A stretch of DNA of 32,000 bases from contig NZ_CP017260.1 in assembly GCF_001735745.1 (NCBI RefSeq), positions 2,340,001 through 2,372,000 on the forward strand, written 5' to 3'. This document shows positions 25,323 through 32,000 of this stretch, in pieces (positions within the stretch are counted from its first letter, which is position 1; each line of letters starts with the position of its first letter). Under the pieces are notes generated by a model that was given only the letters and a program-made list of their open reading frames with translations, had not been told where the DNA came from and searched no databases. A program made the position numbers and the translations under genes. The stretch is from Formosa sp. Hel1_33_131. Lineage in GTDB: Bacteria > Bacteroidota > Bacteroidia > Flavobacteriales > Flavobacteriaceae.

Positions 25323-26204
25323 ATGAATTCTACATTTTCAAATAAAGGCTCAAAGGCAGCGATTATTATTTTAGCCTTATTGCTTATCGGAACCTTGTTT
25401 TACAGCTATCAAATGCATCAAGAGAGTAACGCAACTGAGGCACTCCTTGAAAATGAAAAAACGGAAGTTCTTAGGAATTTAGAAAACATGTCTTCTTTGT
25501 ATAACGAAGCCAACGCTGATAATGAAGTTGCGAATGAAAAACTGATCGAAGCTCAAGCACGTTTAGAAGCGCTTATGGCGGAACTTAAATCCTCAAAATC
25601 ATCTGTGTCAGCATTGCTTAAATACAAGAAGAAATTTTTCGAATTAGAATCTGAAATGGAAGTGTTGTTAGATGAAAATGCAACTTTGAAATTTCAAAAT
25701 GCATTATTAGAAACTTCTTTAGACAGCACGCAAGTTCAATTGTCTTCTCAATTAGCTTCCAATACTGTATTGTCAGAGCAAAACCTTCGTTTGTCAGAGT
25801 CTGTGGATGCTGCCAAAAAACTAACCGTTGAACGTTTGAATGCTTACGGAGTTATCCAACGAAAGTCTGGGAAGTTAGTCCCAACGACACGTGCTTCAAG
25901 AGTTGACAATTTAAGAATCTGTTATTCAGTACCTTCTAATCTGTTAACAGAAGCAGGCGATAAAAAATATTTCGTTCAAGTGATCGACCCGAACCTTAGT
26001 GTGATTGGATCCAATAAACCAGTTCAGTTTGATGAAGACATTTTAAAATACAGTTACGTGAGTGCTTTCACATACGACAACGAACTGTTAGATGTTTGTG
26101 ATTTTGTTTCTGCTGAAGAAGGTGATTATGAAAAAGGAGTCTATATGGTGAACGTTTTTGATCAGAATGTGTTGGTTACTACTTCTACATTCACTTTGAA
26201 ATAG
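25323..26204 (+). CDS. membrane-anchored coiled-coil protein, unknown function
   Basis: One N-terminal TM segment (AAIIILALLLIGTLFY) followed by long heptad-like Leu/Glu-rich sequence. Confidence 0.45.
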   Translation: MNSTFSNKGSKAAIIILALLLIGTLFYSYQMHQESNATEALLENEKTEVLRNLENMSSLYNEANADNEVANEKLIEAQARLEALMAELKSSKSSVSALLKYKKKFFELESEMEVLLDENATLKFQNALLETSLDSTQVQLSSQLASNTVLSEQNLRLSESVDAAKKLTVERLNAYGVIQRKSGKLVPTTRASRVDNLRICYSVPSNLLTEAGDKKYFVQVIDPNLSVIGSNKPVQFDEDILKYSYVSAFTYDNELLDVCDFVSAEEGDYEKGVYMVNVFDQNVLVTTSTFTLK

Positions 26205-26211
26205 GAACAAA

Positions 26212-27450
26212 TTAGTTCACAAATTCACCGTTAATCATCACCTTGTGTATGGGGTTATTCCCAAAATGATAAGGAATTTGACGGTAGGACGTCATGTTTT
26301 TTGTGATGATAAGGTTTGCTTTTTTCCCTGTTGCAATACTTCCATACTGCTCTGATATATTCATCGCGTACGCGCCATTTAGGGTGGCTGCATTGATGGC
26401 TTCTTCGGGGCTCATATTCATTTTGATACAGGCGAGACTCACCACAAAATTCATATTGCCACTAGGAGCAGAGCCGGGATTGAAATCGGTTGCGATGGCC
26501 AATGCCATGCCTCCATCTATTAGTTTTCGTGCGGGCGTATAAGGAATCCCTAAGAAAAAAGAACAGCCAGGTAAGGCCACTGGAATGGTTGAGGATTTTT
26601 TTAAAACTTCAAGATCTTCCGTGTTGAGTACTTCCAAATGATCCACAGATAAGGCTTTGTGTTTGACGCCTAAGCCGACACCGCCAAAAGCATTAAATTG
26701 ATTCACATGAATTTTTGGAACGAGGCCATATTTTGTCGCTGCCTCTAGAATTTGTTCGGTATCTTCTAAAGAGAAATAGCCTTTTTCGCAAAATACATCT
26801 ACAAAATCAGCTAATTTTTGAGTGTGTATTTCTGGGAGCATGGTATTGATAATGAGATCAAGATATGCTTGTTTATTGTTCTTATATTTTTTTGGAATTG
26901 CGTGGGCTCCTAAAAAGGTCGCTTTTATTTTTAAGGGTGCAGTCTCTTTAATAGCCTTAATGACACGCAGCATTTTAAGCTCCGCTTCGGTACTGAGTCC
27001 GTATCCAGATTTTATTTCCAAGGCACCCGTCCCAAGTTGAATGAGTGCATGGACACGCTCCATGGATTGTTCAAATAAGGCATCTTCACTTGTGTCTTGT
27101 AAGGTTTGAGCAGAGTTCAAAATACCGCCGCCTTTGGCCGCAATATCTTCGTAGCTTAATCCATTCAATCGGTCTACAAATTCTTGCGAACGATCGCCTG
27201 CATAGACCACATGCGAATGGCTGTCGCACCAAGTCGGAAGTATTATTTTTCCAGTGACATTCACTACTTCATCCGTTTCTTGAATGACCAAATCATCCAT
27301 CGTACCAAAATCTAGAATAGTATCGCCTTGAATTCTCAGAAACGCATTTTTGATATGTGGTAATTTCTTCATTGCAGTACCCACCACTTTTAGTTCCGAT
27401 TTTGGTCGGGTTTGAAGTAATTCTTTGATATGCGTAAAAAGGATGTTCAT
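26212..27450 (-). CDS. hutI: imidazolonepropionase
   Basis: 412 aa amidohydrolase with DSHSHVVYAGDR and ATDFNPGS motifs. Confidence 0.88.
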   Translation of the reverse strand: MNILFTHIKELLQTRPKSELKVVGTAMKKLPHIKNAFLRIQGDTILDFGTMDDLVIQETDEVVNVTGKIILPTWCDSHSHVVYAGDRSQEFVDRLNGLSYEDIAAKGGGILNSAQTLQDTSEDALFEQSMERVHALIQLGTGALEIKSGYGLSTEAELKMLRVIKAIKETAPLKIKATFLGAHAIPKKYKNNKQAYLDLIINTMLPEIHTQKLADFVDVFCEKGYFSLEDTEQILEAATKYGLVPKIHVNQFNAFGGVGLGVKHKALSVDHLEVLNTEDLEVLKKSSTIPVALPGCSFFLGIPYTPARKLIDGGMALAIATDFNPGSAPSGNMNFVVSLACIKMNMSPEEAINAATLNGAYAMNISEQYGSIATGKKANLIITKNMTSYRQIPYHFGNNPIHKVMINGEFVN

Positions 27451-27454
27451 AAAT

Positions 27455-28852
27455 TTATTTTAGGCTTCCAACCATGTTTTCGGGTTTGACCCACGCATCA
27501 TAATTTTCTGCTGTGACATACCCAAGATTGATGGCTTCTACCTTAAGCGTTGTCCCATTTTTGTGAGCAGTATTCGCTATTTCAGCAGCTTTGTAATAAC
27601 CTATTTTGGTATTTAAAGCGGTGATTAACATCAAGGAGTTATTTAATAATTTTTCAATCACATCGTGGTTGGGTTCAATGCCTGAAGCACAATGGGCTTC
27701 AAAACTAAGTGCTGCATCGCCCAACAATTCTGCGGATTGCAAGAAGTTAGCGGCCATCATTGGCTTAAATACATTCAGTTCGTAATGGCCTTGAGTGCCA
27801 CCAACCGAAATGGCAACATCATTCCCCATCACTTGCGCACAGACCATGGTAAGTGCTTCACACTGTGTAGGATTCACTTTTCCGGGCATGATTGAGCTTC
27901 CAGGTTCGTTGGCAGGAATGGTAATTTCTCCAATGCCAGAGCGAGGCCCTGAAGCCATCATACGAATGTCATTGGCGATTTTGTTTAAGGAAACTGCCAA
28001 CTGTTTTAAAGCCCCGTGACTTTCTACAATTGCATCGTGAGCAGCCAGCGCTTCGAATTTATTGGGGGCGGTTATGAAAGGCAAGCCAGTAAATTTTGCA
28101 ATATAATCGGCTACCAATTCGGAGTAACCTTCAGGTGTATTTAATCCGGTTCCTACAGCGGTGCCTCCCAAAGCGATTTCGCTTAGGTGTTCCAGTGTAT
28201 TTTTCAATGCTTTTAATCCGTGGTCTAGTTGTGATACATAACCCGAAAACTCTTGCCCCAAGGTCAGAGGCGTCGCATCCATCAGGTGGGTACGTCCGAT
28301 TTTTACAACAGATTTGAATTTTTCAGATTTCGCTTGAAGTGTATCTCGTAATTTTTGAACCCCTGGAATGGTTGTTTCGACTACTTTTTTATAAGCAGCA
28401 ATGTGCATTCCTGTGGGGAAAGTATCGTTTGAAGATTGTGATTTATTAACGTCGTCATTGGGTTGGATGGTTTTTTCACCTTCTCCAATAATTTTTCCTG
28501 CCAGTTGTTGGGCACGGTTGGCAATCACTTCGTTCAGGTTCATATTGCTTTGCGTTCCTGAGCCGGTTTGCCAAATGACTAAAGGAAATTGATCATCGTG
28601 TTTTCCTGTGAGAATTTCATCACACACTTGTGCAATCAAATCACGTTTTTCAGAAGATAGAATTCCGAGTTCGCAATTGGTATAGGCAGCGGCTTTTTTA
28701 AGATATGCAAATCCATAGACGATATCAATTGGCATGGAAGCAGCGCTTCCGATTTTGAAATTGTTTCGAGAGCGTTCGGTTTGGGCGCCCCACAATTTAT
28801 CTGCGGGAACCTGAACATCTCCCATCGTATCTTTTTCTATTCTAAACTTCAT
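27455..28852 (-). CDS. fumC: class II fumarate hydratase
   Basis: [11 protein letters not shown]...WGAQTERS N-terminus and the [11 protein letters not shown] signature. I prefer the Met at 28852 to the track start at 28873. Confidence 0.92.
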   Translation of the reverse strand: MKFRIEKDTMGDVQVPADKLWGAQTERSRNNFKIGSAASMPIDIVYGFAYLKKAAAYTNCELGILSSEKRDLIAQVCDEILTGKHDDQFPLVIWQTGSGTQSNMNLNEVIANRAQQLAGKIIGEGEKTIQPNDDVNKSQSSNDTFPTGMHIAAYKKVVETTIPGVQKLRDTLQAKSEKFKSVVKIGRTHLMDATPLTLGQEFSGYVSQLDHGLKALKNTLEHLSEIALGGTAVGTGLNTPEGYSELVADYIAKFTGLPFITAPNKFEALAAHDAIVESHGALKQLAVSLNKIANDIRMMASGPRSGIGEITIPANEPGSSIMPGKVNPTQCEALTMVCAQVMGNDVAISVGGTQGHYELNVFKPMMAANFLQSAELLGDAALSFEAHCASGIEPNHDVIEKLLNNSLMLITALNTKIGYYKAAEIANTAHKNGTTLKVEAINLGYVTAENYDAWVKPENMVGSLK

Positions 28853-29068
28853 AACATTCTGATTTGAATACAAATTTACAATTTTTTCACTTCAAATCCA
28901 TGCTGTTATCAAGCTGTTGATGAATCTGAAATTTTATGTAGTAAAACTAGTTTTCTGATAGACTGTTTACAGCGTAAAACAAACGGATAGCCTGCTGCTG
29001 CCACGCTAGCGGAAAATTGATGAGGGATTTTCATAAACTATTTCTTTTTTTTGATGGTAATAATTACT

Positions 29069-29076
29069 TAATTTTG
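29069..29076 (+). promoter_or_regulatory. -7 box TAATTTTG upstream of the DUF2721 gene
   Basis: TAnnTTTG match ending 9 nt before the ATG at 29085. Confidence 0.3.
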
Positions 29077-29084
29077 ACATCTAT

Positions 29085-29492
29085 ATGGAAGAATTAACAT
29101 TGACTACCCCTGCAGTTTTATTTTCTGCAATTTCTCTAATTATGTTGGCGTATACCAACCGTTTTTTAGCCTATGCTGCAGTCATTAGAAATTTGCACGA
29201 TATTTATTTAGAACGCAAAGAAGAGTCTTTAATAAGACAGATTAAGAATTTAAAACTACGTCTAAACTTAACCCGATGGATGCAAATTTTTGGAATTTCA
29301 AGTTTACTTTTCTGTGTGTTGACCATGTTTTTAATCTATATTCATCAACAAAACATGGCCGTTTGGATTTTTGGGTTCGCTTTAATTTTATTAATCATTT
29401 CTTTATTATTATTGATCAAGGAAATACAGATCTCTGCTCAGGCGTTGCAATATCATATTGCTGATATTGAAGAACATTTAGAAAATAACTAA
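29085..29492 (+). CDS. DUF2721-family membrane protein
   Basis: 135 aa, 3 TM segments. N-terminal PAVLFSAISLIMLAYTNRF is typical of the family. Confidence 0.65.
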   Translation: MEELTLTTPAVLFSAISLIMLAYTNRFLAYAAVIRNLHDIYLERKEESLIRQIKNLKLRLNLTRWMQIFGISSLLFCVLTMFLIYIHQQNMAVWIFGFALILLIISLLLLIKEIQISAQALQYHIADIEEHLENN

Positions 29493-29536
29493 GGAGTCTT
29501 ATTTTTATGTTCTATGAGTTCATAAATCATTCCGCT

Positions 29537-29559
29537 GCCGCTAAGTTGTACTTAGTGGC
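29537..29559. repeat. REP-like GC-rich hairpin
   Basis: GCCGCTAAGT-TGT-ACTTAGTGGC: a 10-bp stem with one G-T pair. Confidence 0.5.
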
Positions 29560-29620
29560 CGTAAACTAGCTAAAAACATCTTTTATTTCCACTACTACCA
29601 TGACTTACCATTCTTTGACG

Positions 29621-29642
29621 CCACCACGCTAAAGCGTGGCGG
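29621..29642. repeat. REP-like GC-rich hairpin
   Basis: CC-A-CCACGC TAAA GCGTGG-C-GG: 2 bp, an A/C mismatch, 6 bp. Same layout as the RAYT-flanking REP. Confidence 0.5.
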
Positions 29643-29670
29643 TAGTGTGGGTTTAATTCTTTTATAAAGT

Positions 29671-30291
29671 TTATTTAAATTTTATGTCTTCAATTTTCGT
29701 ATTTCCATAATAAAGTGTAGCACTTTTAGTCCCTTTTATCAATGGAAAATATAAATTAATATTTCTTTTTCTTAATTCTTTAGGTTCAAAATACGTTTCG
29801 TGAGGTACTTTTTTTGGATTTTTAAAACTTATTTTATATTTGTTATATGCTTCGAAATGTATGGGTATGATATAATTAGTAATTCCCTCAAATTCATAAT
29901 CCAAAAATGTATCTTTAATACTAGGGTCATACCGATTTTCAAGAGATTTATAGCTTGGCTTATTCTTTATTAATTTGTAAAAATGCCATTTGTCTGTGAA
30001 ATTTGTATAGGCTACATCAACAGGTCTTAGTCTTATTTTGTTTTGATAATCTATAAGTGAAAATTTGTTGGGGTCAAAAGATCTTTTCTTATTATCAATC
30101 ATCTCGATTCTAACTTTAATGTTGTATTGAACTATTTTTTTTGACTTTGTTCTAACATTAGTCACCGCTATTAATTGACTCGCTTTTTTAGTTTTTTCAT
30201 ACTCAATAGTCAGGTTGTCCTCTTGAATTTTAATTTGAGAATAAAATACTTGAGTGAATAGGAATGCTAGTATTATTAATCTTGTTTTCAT
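29671..30291 (-). CDS. secreted hypothetical protein
   Basis: Signal peptide MKTRLIILAFLFTQVFYSQ. No motif recognised. Confidence 0.45.
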   Translation of the reverse strand: MKTRLIILAFLFTQVFYSQIKIQEDNLTIEYEKTKKASQLIAVTNVRTKSKKIVQYNIKVRIEMIDNKKRSFDPNKFSLIDYQNKIRLRPVDVAYTNFTDKWHFYKLIKNKPSYKSLENRYDPSIKDTFLDYEFEGITNYIIPIHFEAYNKYKISFKNPKKVPHETYFEPKELRKRNINLYFPLIKGTKSATLYYGNTKIEDIKFK

Positions 30292-30317
30292 ATTAATTTA
30301 TTTTTTTTCTATTGCTG

Positions 30318-30348
30318 GGGCACGAGCAAAAGATGCTCGCGCTAGCGG
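30318..30348 (+). repeat. REP copy A (31 bp; two extra A relative to B and C)
   Basis: GGGCACGAGCAAAAGATGCTCGCGCTAGCGG. Confidence 0.85.
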
Positions 30349-30363
30349 GGTTACTCAACGTTT

Positions 30364-31185
30364 TTATTTGTATTCAATTTGTCTTTCCCAAACATATCCT
30401 AATTCTCCTTTGGAAAACCTTTTCTTAGTAATCCAATTGTCATTCTTATCATAACTGTACTCCCAATTATTCCAATGTTTTTGTTTTCCATCCTTATCGT
30501 ACCAATATTGTGTTAGGATATTATTTCGTTCATTATATGTAGAAATAAATTTTGTGTAATCACCATTTGGTCTTGTTAATTCAGATTCAATTTCATTACC
30601 TTTTGTGTCATATCTATAAGTTCTTATGCCTTTTATTATTCCATCTGATTTGAAATCAGTTTCTTTAATCTTTTGGTTTTTGGAATTATATTCGTTAGTT
30701 GTTTTAAAGGTTCGATTTGACTTAACACTCGATTTAGTCAATGCTATTTGATTTCCTTTAGTGTCGTATTCATTCTTTTGTAAAAAAATTAATTCATTAT
30801 CAGAATTGTATGTTTTGTACTCAATAATTTTTCCATTTTCATCAAATTCAGTTGTTGTAAGTTTTTTTAGATTGCCATCTTTGTCAAAAGTGATACTTTT
30901 TATAAGTTTTCCTTCTTTGTTTTTTGTGAGTTTTGTTTTTTCATAAATTGTATCATCATTTTCAAAACGCCAATATTCTATCAAATCTCCTTGTACATTA
31001 TAAATTTCCTTTCTGTTAACTTTTTGGTTTAAGGCTTTTTTACGGGTTAATTCTCCACTTCGTTTTGAACTGTATGAAGCTTCAGTAATTGTTTTAAATG
31101 TATTTGTATTTTCTTTTTTAATATTCTTTGTCGAAGAGCAAGAAAGGATTAATCCAAAAACTAATAGGTTGAGTATTATTTTCAT
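30364..31185 (-). CDS. lipoprotein with YD-repeat-like motifs
   Basis: Lipobox LILSCSS. Recurrent EYDTKGNQI, YRYDTKGNEI, WYDKDGKQ, YSYDKNDNWI, FDKDGNL and FDENGKII. Confidence 0.55.
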   Translation of the reverse strand: MKIILNLLVFGLILSCSSTKNIKKENTNTFKTITEASYSSKRSGELTRKKALNQKVNRKEIYNVQGDLIEYWRFENDDTIYEKTKLTKNKEGKLIKSITFDKDGNLKKLTTTEFDENGKIIEYKTYNSDNELIFLQKNEYDTKGNQIALTKSSVKSNRTFKTTNEYNSKNQKIKETDFKSDGIIKGIRTYRYDTKGNEIESELTRPNGDYTKFISTYNERNNILTQYWYDKDGKQKHWNNWEYSYDKNDNWITKKRFSKGELGYVWERQIEYK

Positions 31186-31248
31186 AATGTTGGGTAACTA
31201 GTTATATCAAAACAAAAGGATGTGTTAACGGTTCTATATTTCGGATCG

Positions 31249-31277
31249 CCGCTAGCGCGAGCATCTTGCTCGTGCCC
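31249..31277 (-). repeat. REP copy B (inverted relative to A and C)
   Basis: CCGCTAGCGCGAGCATCTTGCTCGTGCCC is the exact reverse complement of copy C. Confidence 0.9.
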
Positions 31278-31305
31278 TTAAACAAACTAAAGTTAGTATT
31301 TCTTC

Positions 31306-31788
31306 TCATATATCAATTTCTAAAACTGTTTGGTCTTCTTGATAATTTCTTGCACTACTATACTTCCAGTCTATTGGATCGGTAACAAAACCGCTTTCAA
31401 CAGGGTTGTTATGAATATAATCTATTTTTTGTTGTATTACTTTTTCACTCCATAATTCTATTGGTTTATTGTGTTGCTGCCAAAATTGACGTTGGTTAAC
31501 ATTGCTTTTCTTTTTACCTGCTCGTTCCATCATCCAGAATAACCACTCTTTTCTACTTTCTTGTGGATTTTCTTCTATTGATTTTATTAGTTTTCTTGCT
31601 GTAAAACCTTTAAAATCTCTTATTAATCCTGATGGATCTTCATTACTTGACCTAAATATTAAATGCACATGACTTGGCATAAAACAATAAGCAAATACTT
31701 CCATACCTTTTTCTTCTCTGCAATAATCTATACTTTCTTCTAATACATTAAAATATACTTGACGAGTAAAAATATCTAACCAATACAC
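31306..31788 (-). CDS. REP-associated tyrosine transposase (RAYT, IS200-like Y1 family); the N-terminus appears frameshifted
   Basis: HUH motif PSHVHLIF and catalytic Tyr region KIDYIHNNPV. The frame stays open upstream to 31848 (YEQKIQFHNESAAYFISFATVYW) without an ATG. An ATG at 31847 (MSRKYNF...) sits in another frame. Confidence 0.8.
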   Translation of the reverse strand: MYWLDIFTRQVYFNVLEESIDYCREEKGMEVFAYCFMPSHVHLIFRSSNEDPSGLIRDFKGFTARKLIKSIEENPQESRKEWLFWMMERAGKKKSNVNQRQFWQQHNKPIELWSEKVIQQKIDYIHNNPVESGFVTDPIDWKYSSARNYQEDQTVLEIDI

Positions 31789-31878
31789 GGTAGCAAAACT
31801 TATAAAATAGGCTGCTGATTCGTTATGAAATTGTATTTTCTGCTCATAATATTATTTTTCTATCTTCTTTCTCTTGCT

Positions 31879-31907
31879 GGGCACGAGCAAGATGCTCGCG
31901 CTAGCGG
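31879..31907 (+). repeat. REP copy C
   Basis: GGGCACGAGCAAGATGCTCGCGCTAGCGG. Contains the CGAGCA-AGA-TGCTCG hairpin and the CGCTAGCG palindrome. Confidence 0.9.
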
Positions 31908-31923
31908 GGATTGGCATCATTTT

Positions 31924-31998
31924 TTATTTTTTCAGCTCTATTATTTGTTGTTTCGCATATTCTTTTGCTCTATCATCTCCAAATTCAACAGTCTTTTC
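31924..31998 (-). CDS. 3' end of a gene continuing beyond the window (unknown product)
   Basis: The open frame reads ...EKTVEFGDDRAKEYAKQQIIELKK* with its stop at 31924-31926. Only 24 codons are visible. Confidence 0.25.
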   Translation of the reverse strand, partial: EKTVEFGDDRAKEYAKQQIIELKK

Positions 31999-32000
31999 GT

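Noticed and set aside
26294-28818. Track ORFs antisense to hutI and fumC (for example 26294-26542, 27045-27257, 27795-28019 and 28636-28818).
   Set aside because: All are nested in strongly supported enzymes on the other strand, or in another frame of the same strand, and have no independent support.
30254-30454. 66-aa plus-strand ORF containing IAGARAKDARASGV.
   Set aside because: It is created by reading through REP copy A and the antisense strands of two genes. It is not a gene.
1-32000. Looked for CRISPR arrays, rRNA and tRNA genes.
   Set aside because: No regularly spaced short repeats and no cloverleaf-compatible GC-rich segments were seen. The only regular repeats are the 195-bp intragenic ones and the REP copies.

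Overview
Low-GC chromosomal segment that looks Flavobacteriia-like (Bacteroidota): there is a T9SS C-terminal sorting domain, TAnnTTTG-type -7 boxes, and bshA, hutG and hutI. Housekeeping genes fill 1-3522 (bshA', aroC, a DAACS symporter) and 14582-29492 (DCC-family gene, mutS2, ung, a nucleoside phosphorylase, a SUI1-like factor, a 2OG oxygenase, a fused E1 alpha/beta dehydrogenase, a sterol-desaturase-family gene, hutG, hutI, fumC). Between them lies an AT-richer accessory island of about 11 kb (3523-14581) in which every gene is on the minus strand. My main observation is that the island core (4952-13011) is built like an integron cassette array with no integrase in the window. Four consecutive gene units are each bracketed by their own perfect 9-10 bp GTT.../...AAC inverted repeat, and hairpin-bearing, attC-like junctions separate them. 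Two of these units carry uncharacterised, translationally coupled gene sets that look like defence systems. One is a GHKL ATPase/kinase-like protein, a STAS-like (DUF4325-type) protein and a 2-TM protein. The other is a 249-aa protein plus an SF1 UvrD-like helicase with an embedded nuclease-fold insert and a C-terminal zinc ribbon. Toxin-antitoxin-like pairs flank the array: a PIN/VapC pair on the left and an XRE-HTH pair on the right. The right-hand pair is enclosed by 74-bp perfect direct repeats spaced 1190 bp apart. The right end of the window holds a RAYT gene flanked by inverted 29-bp REP copies, plus related GC-rich hairpins. Protein functions are assigned from motifs I recognise by eye. 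No database search was run.
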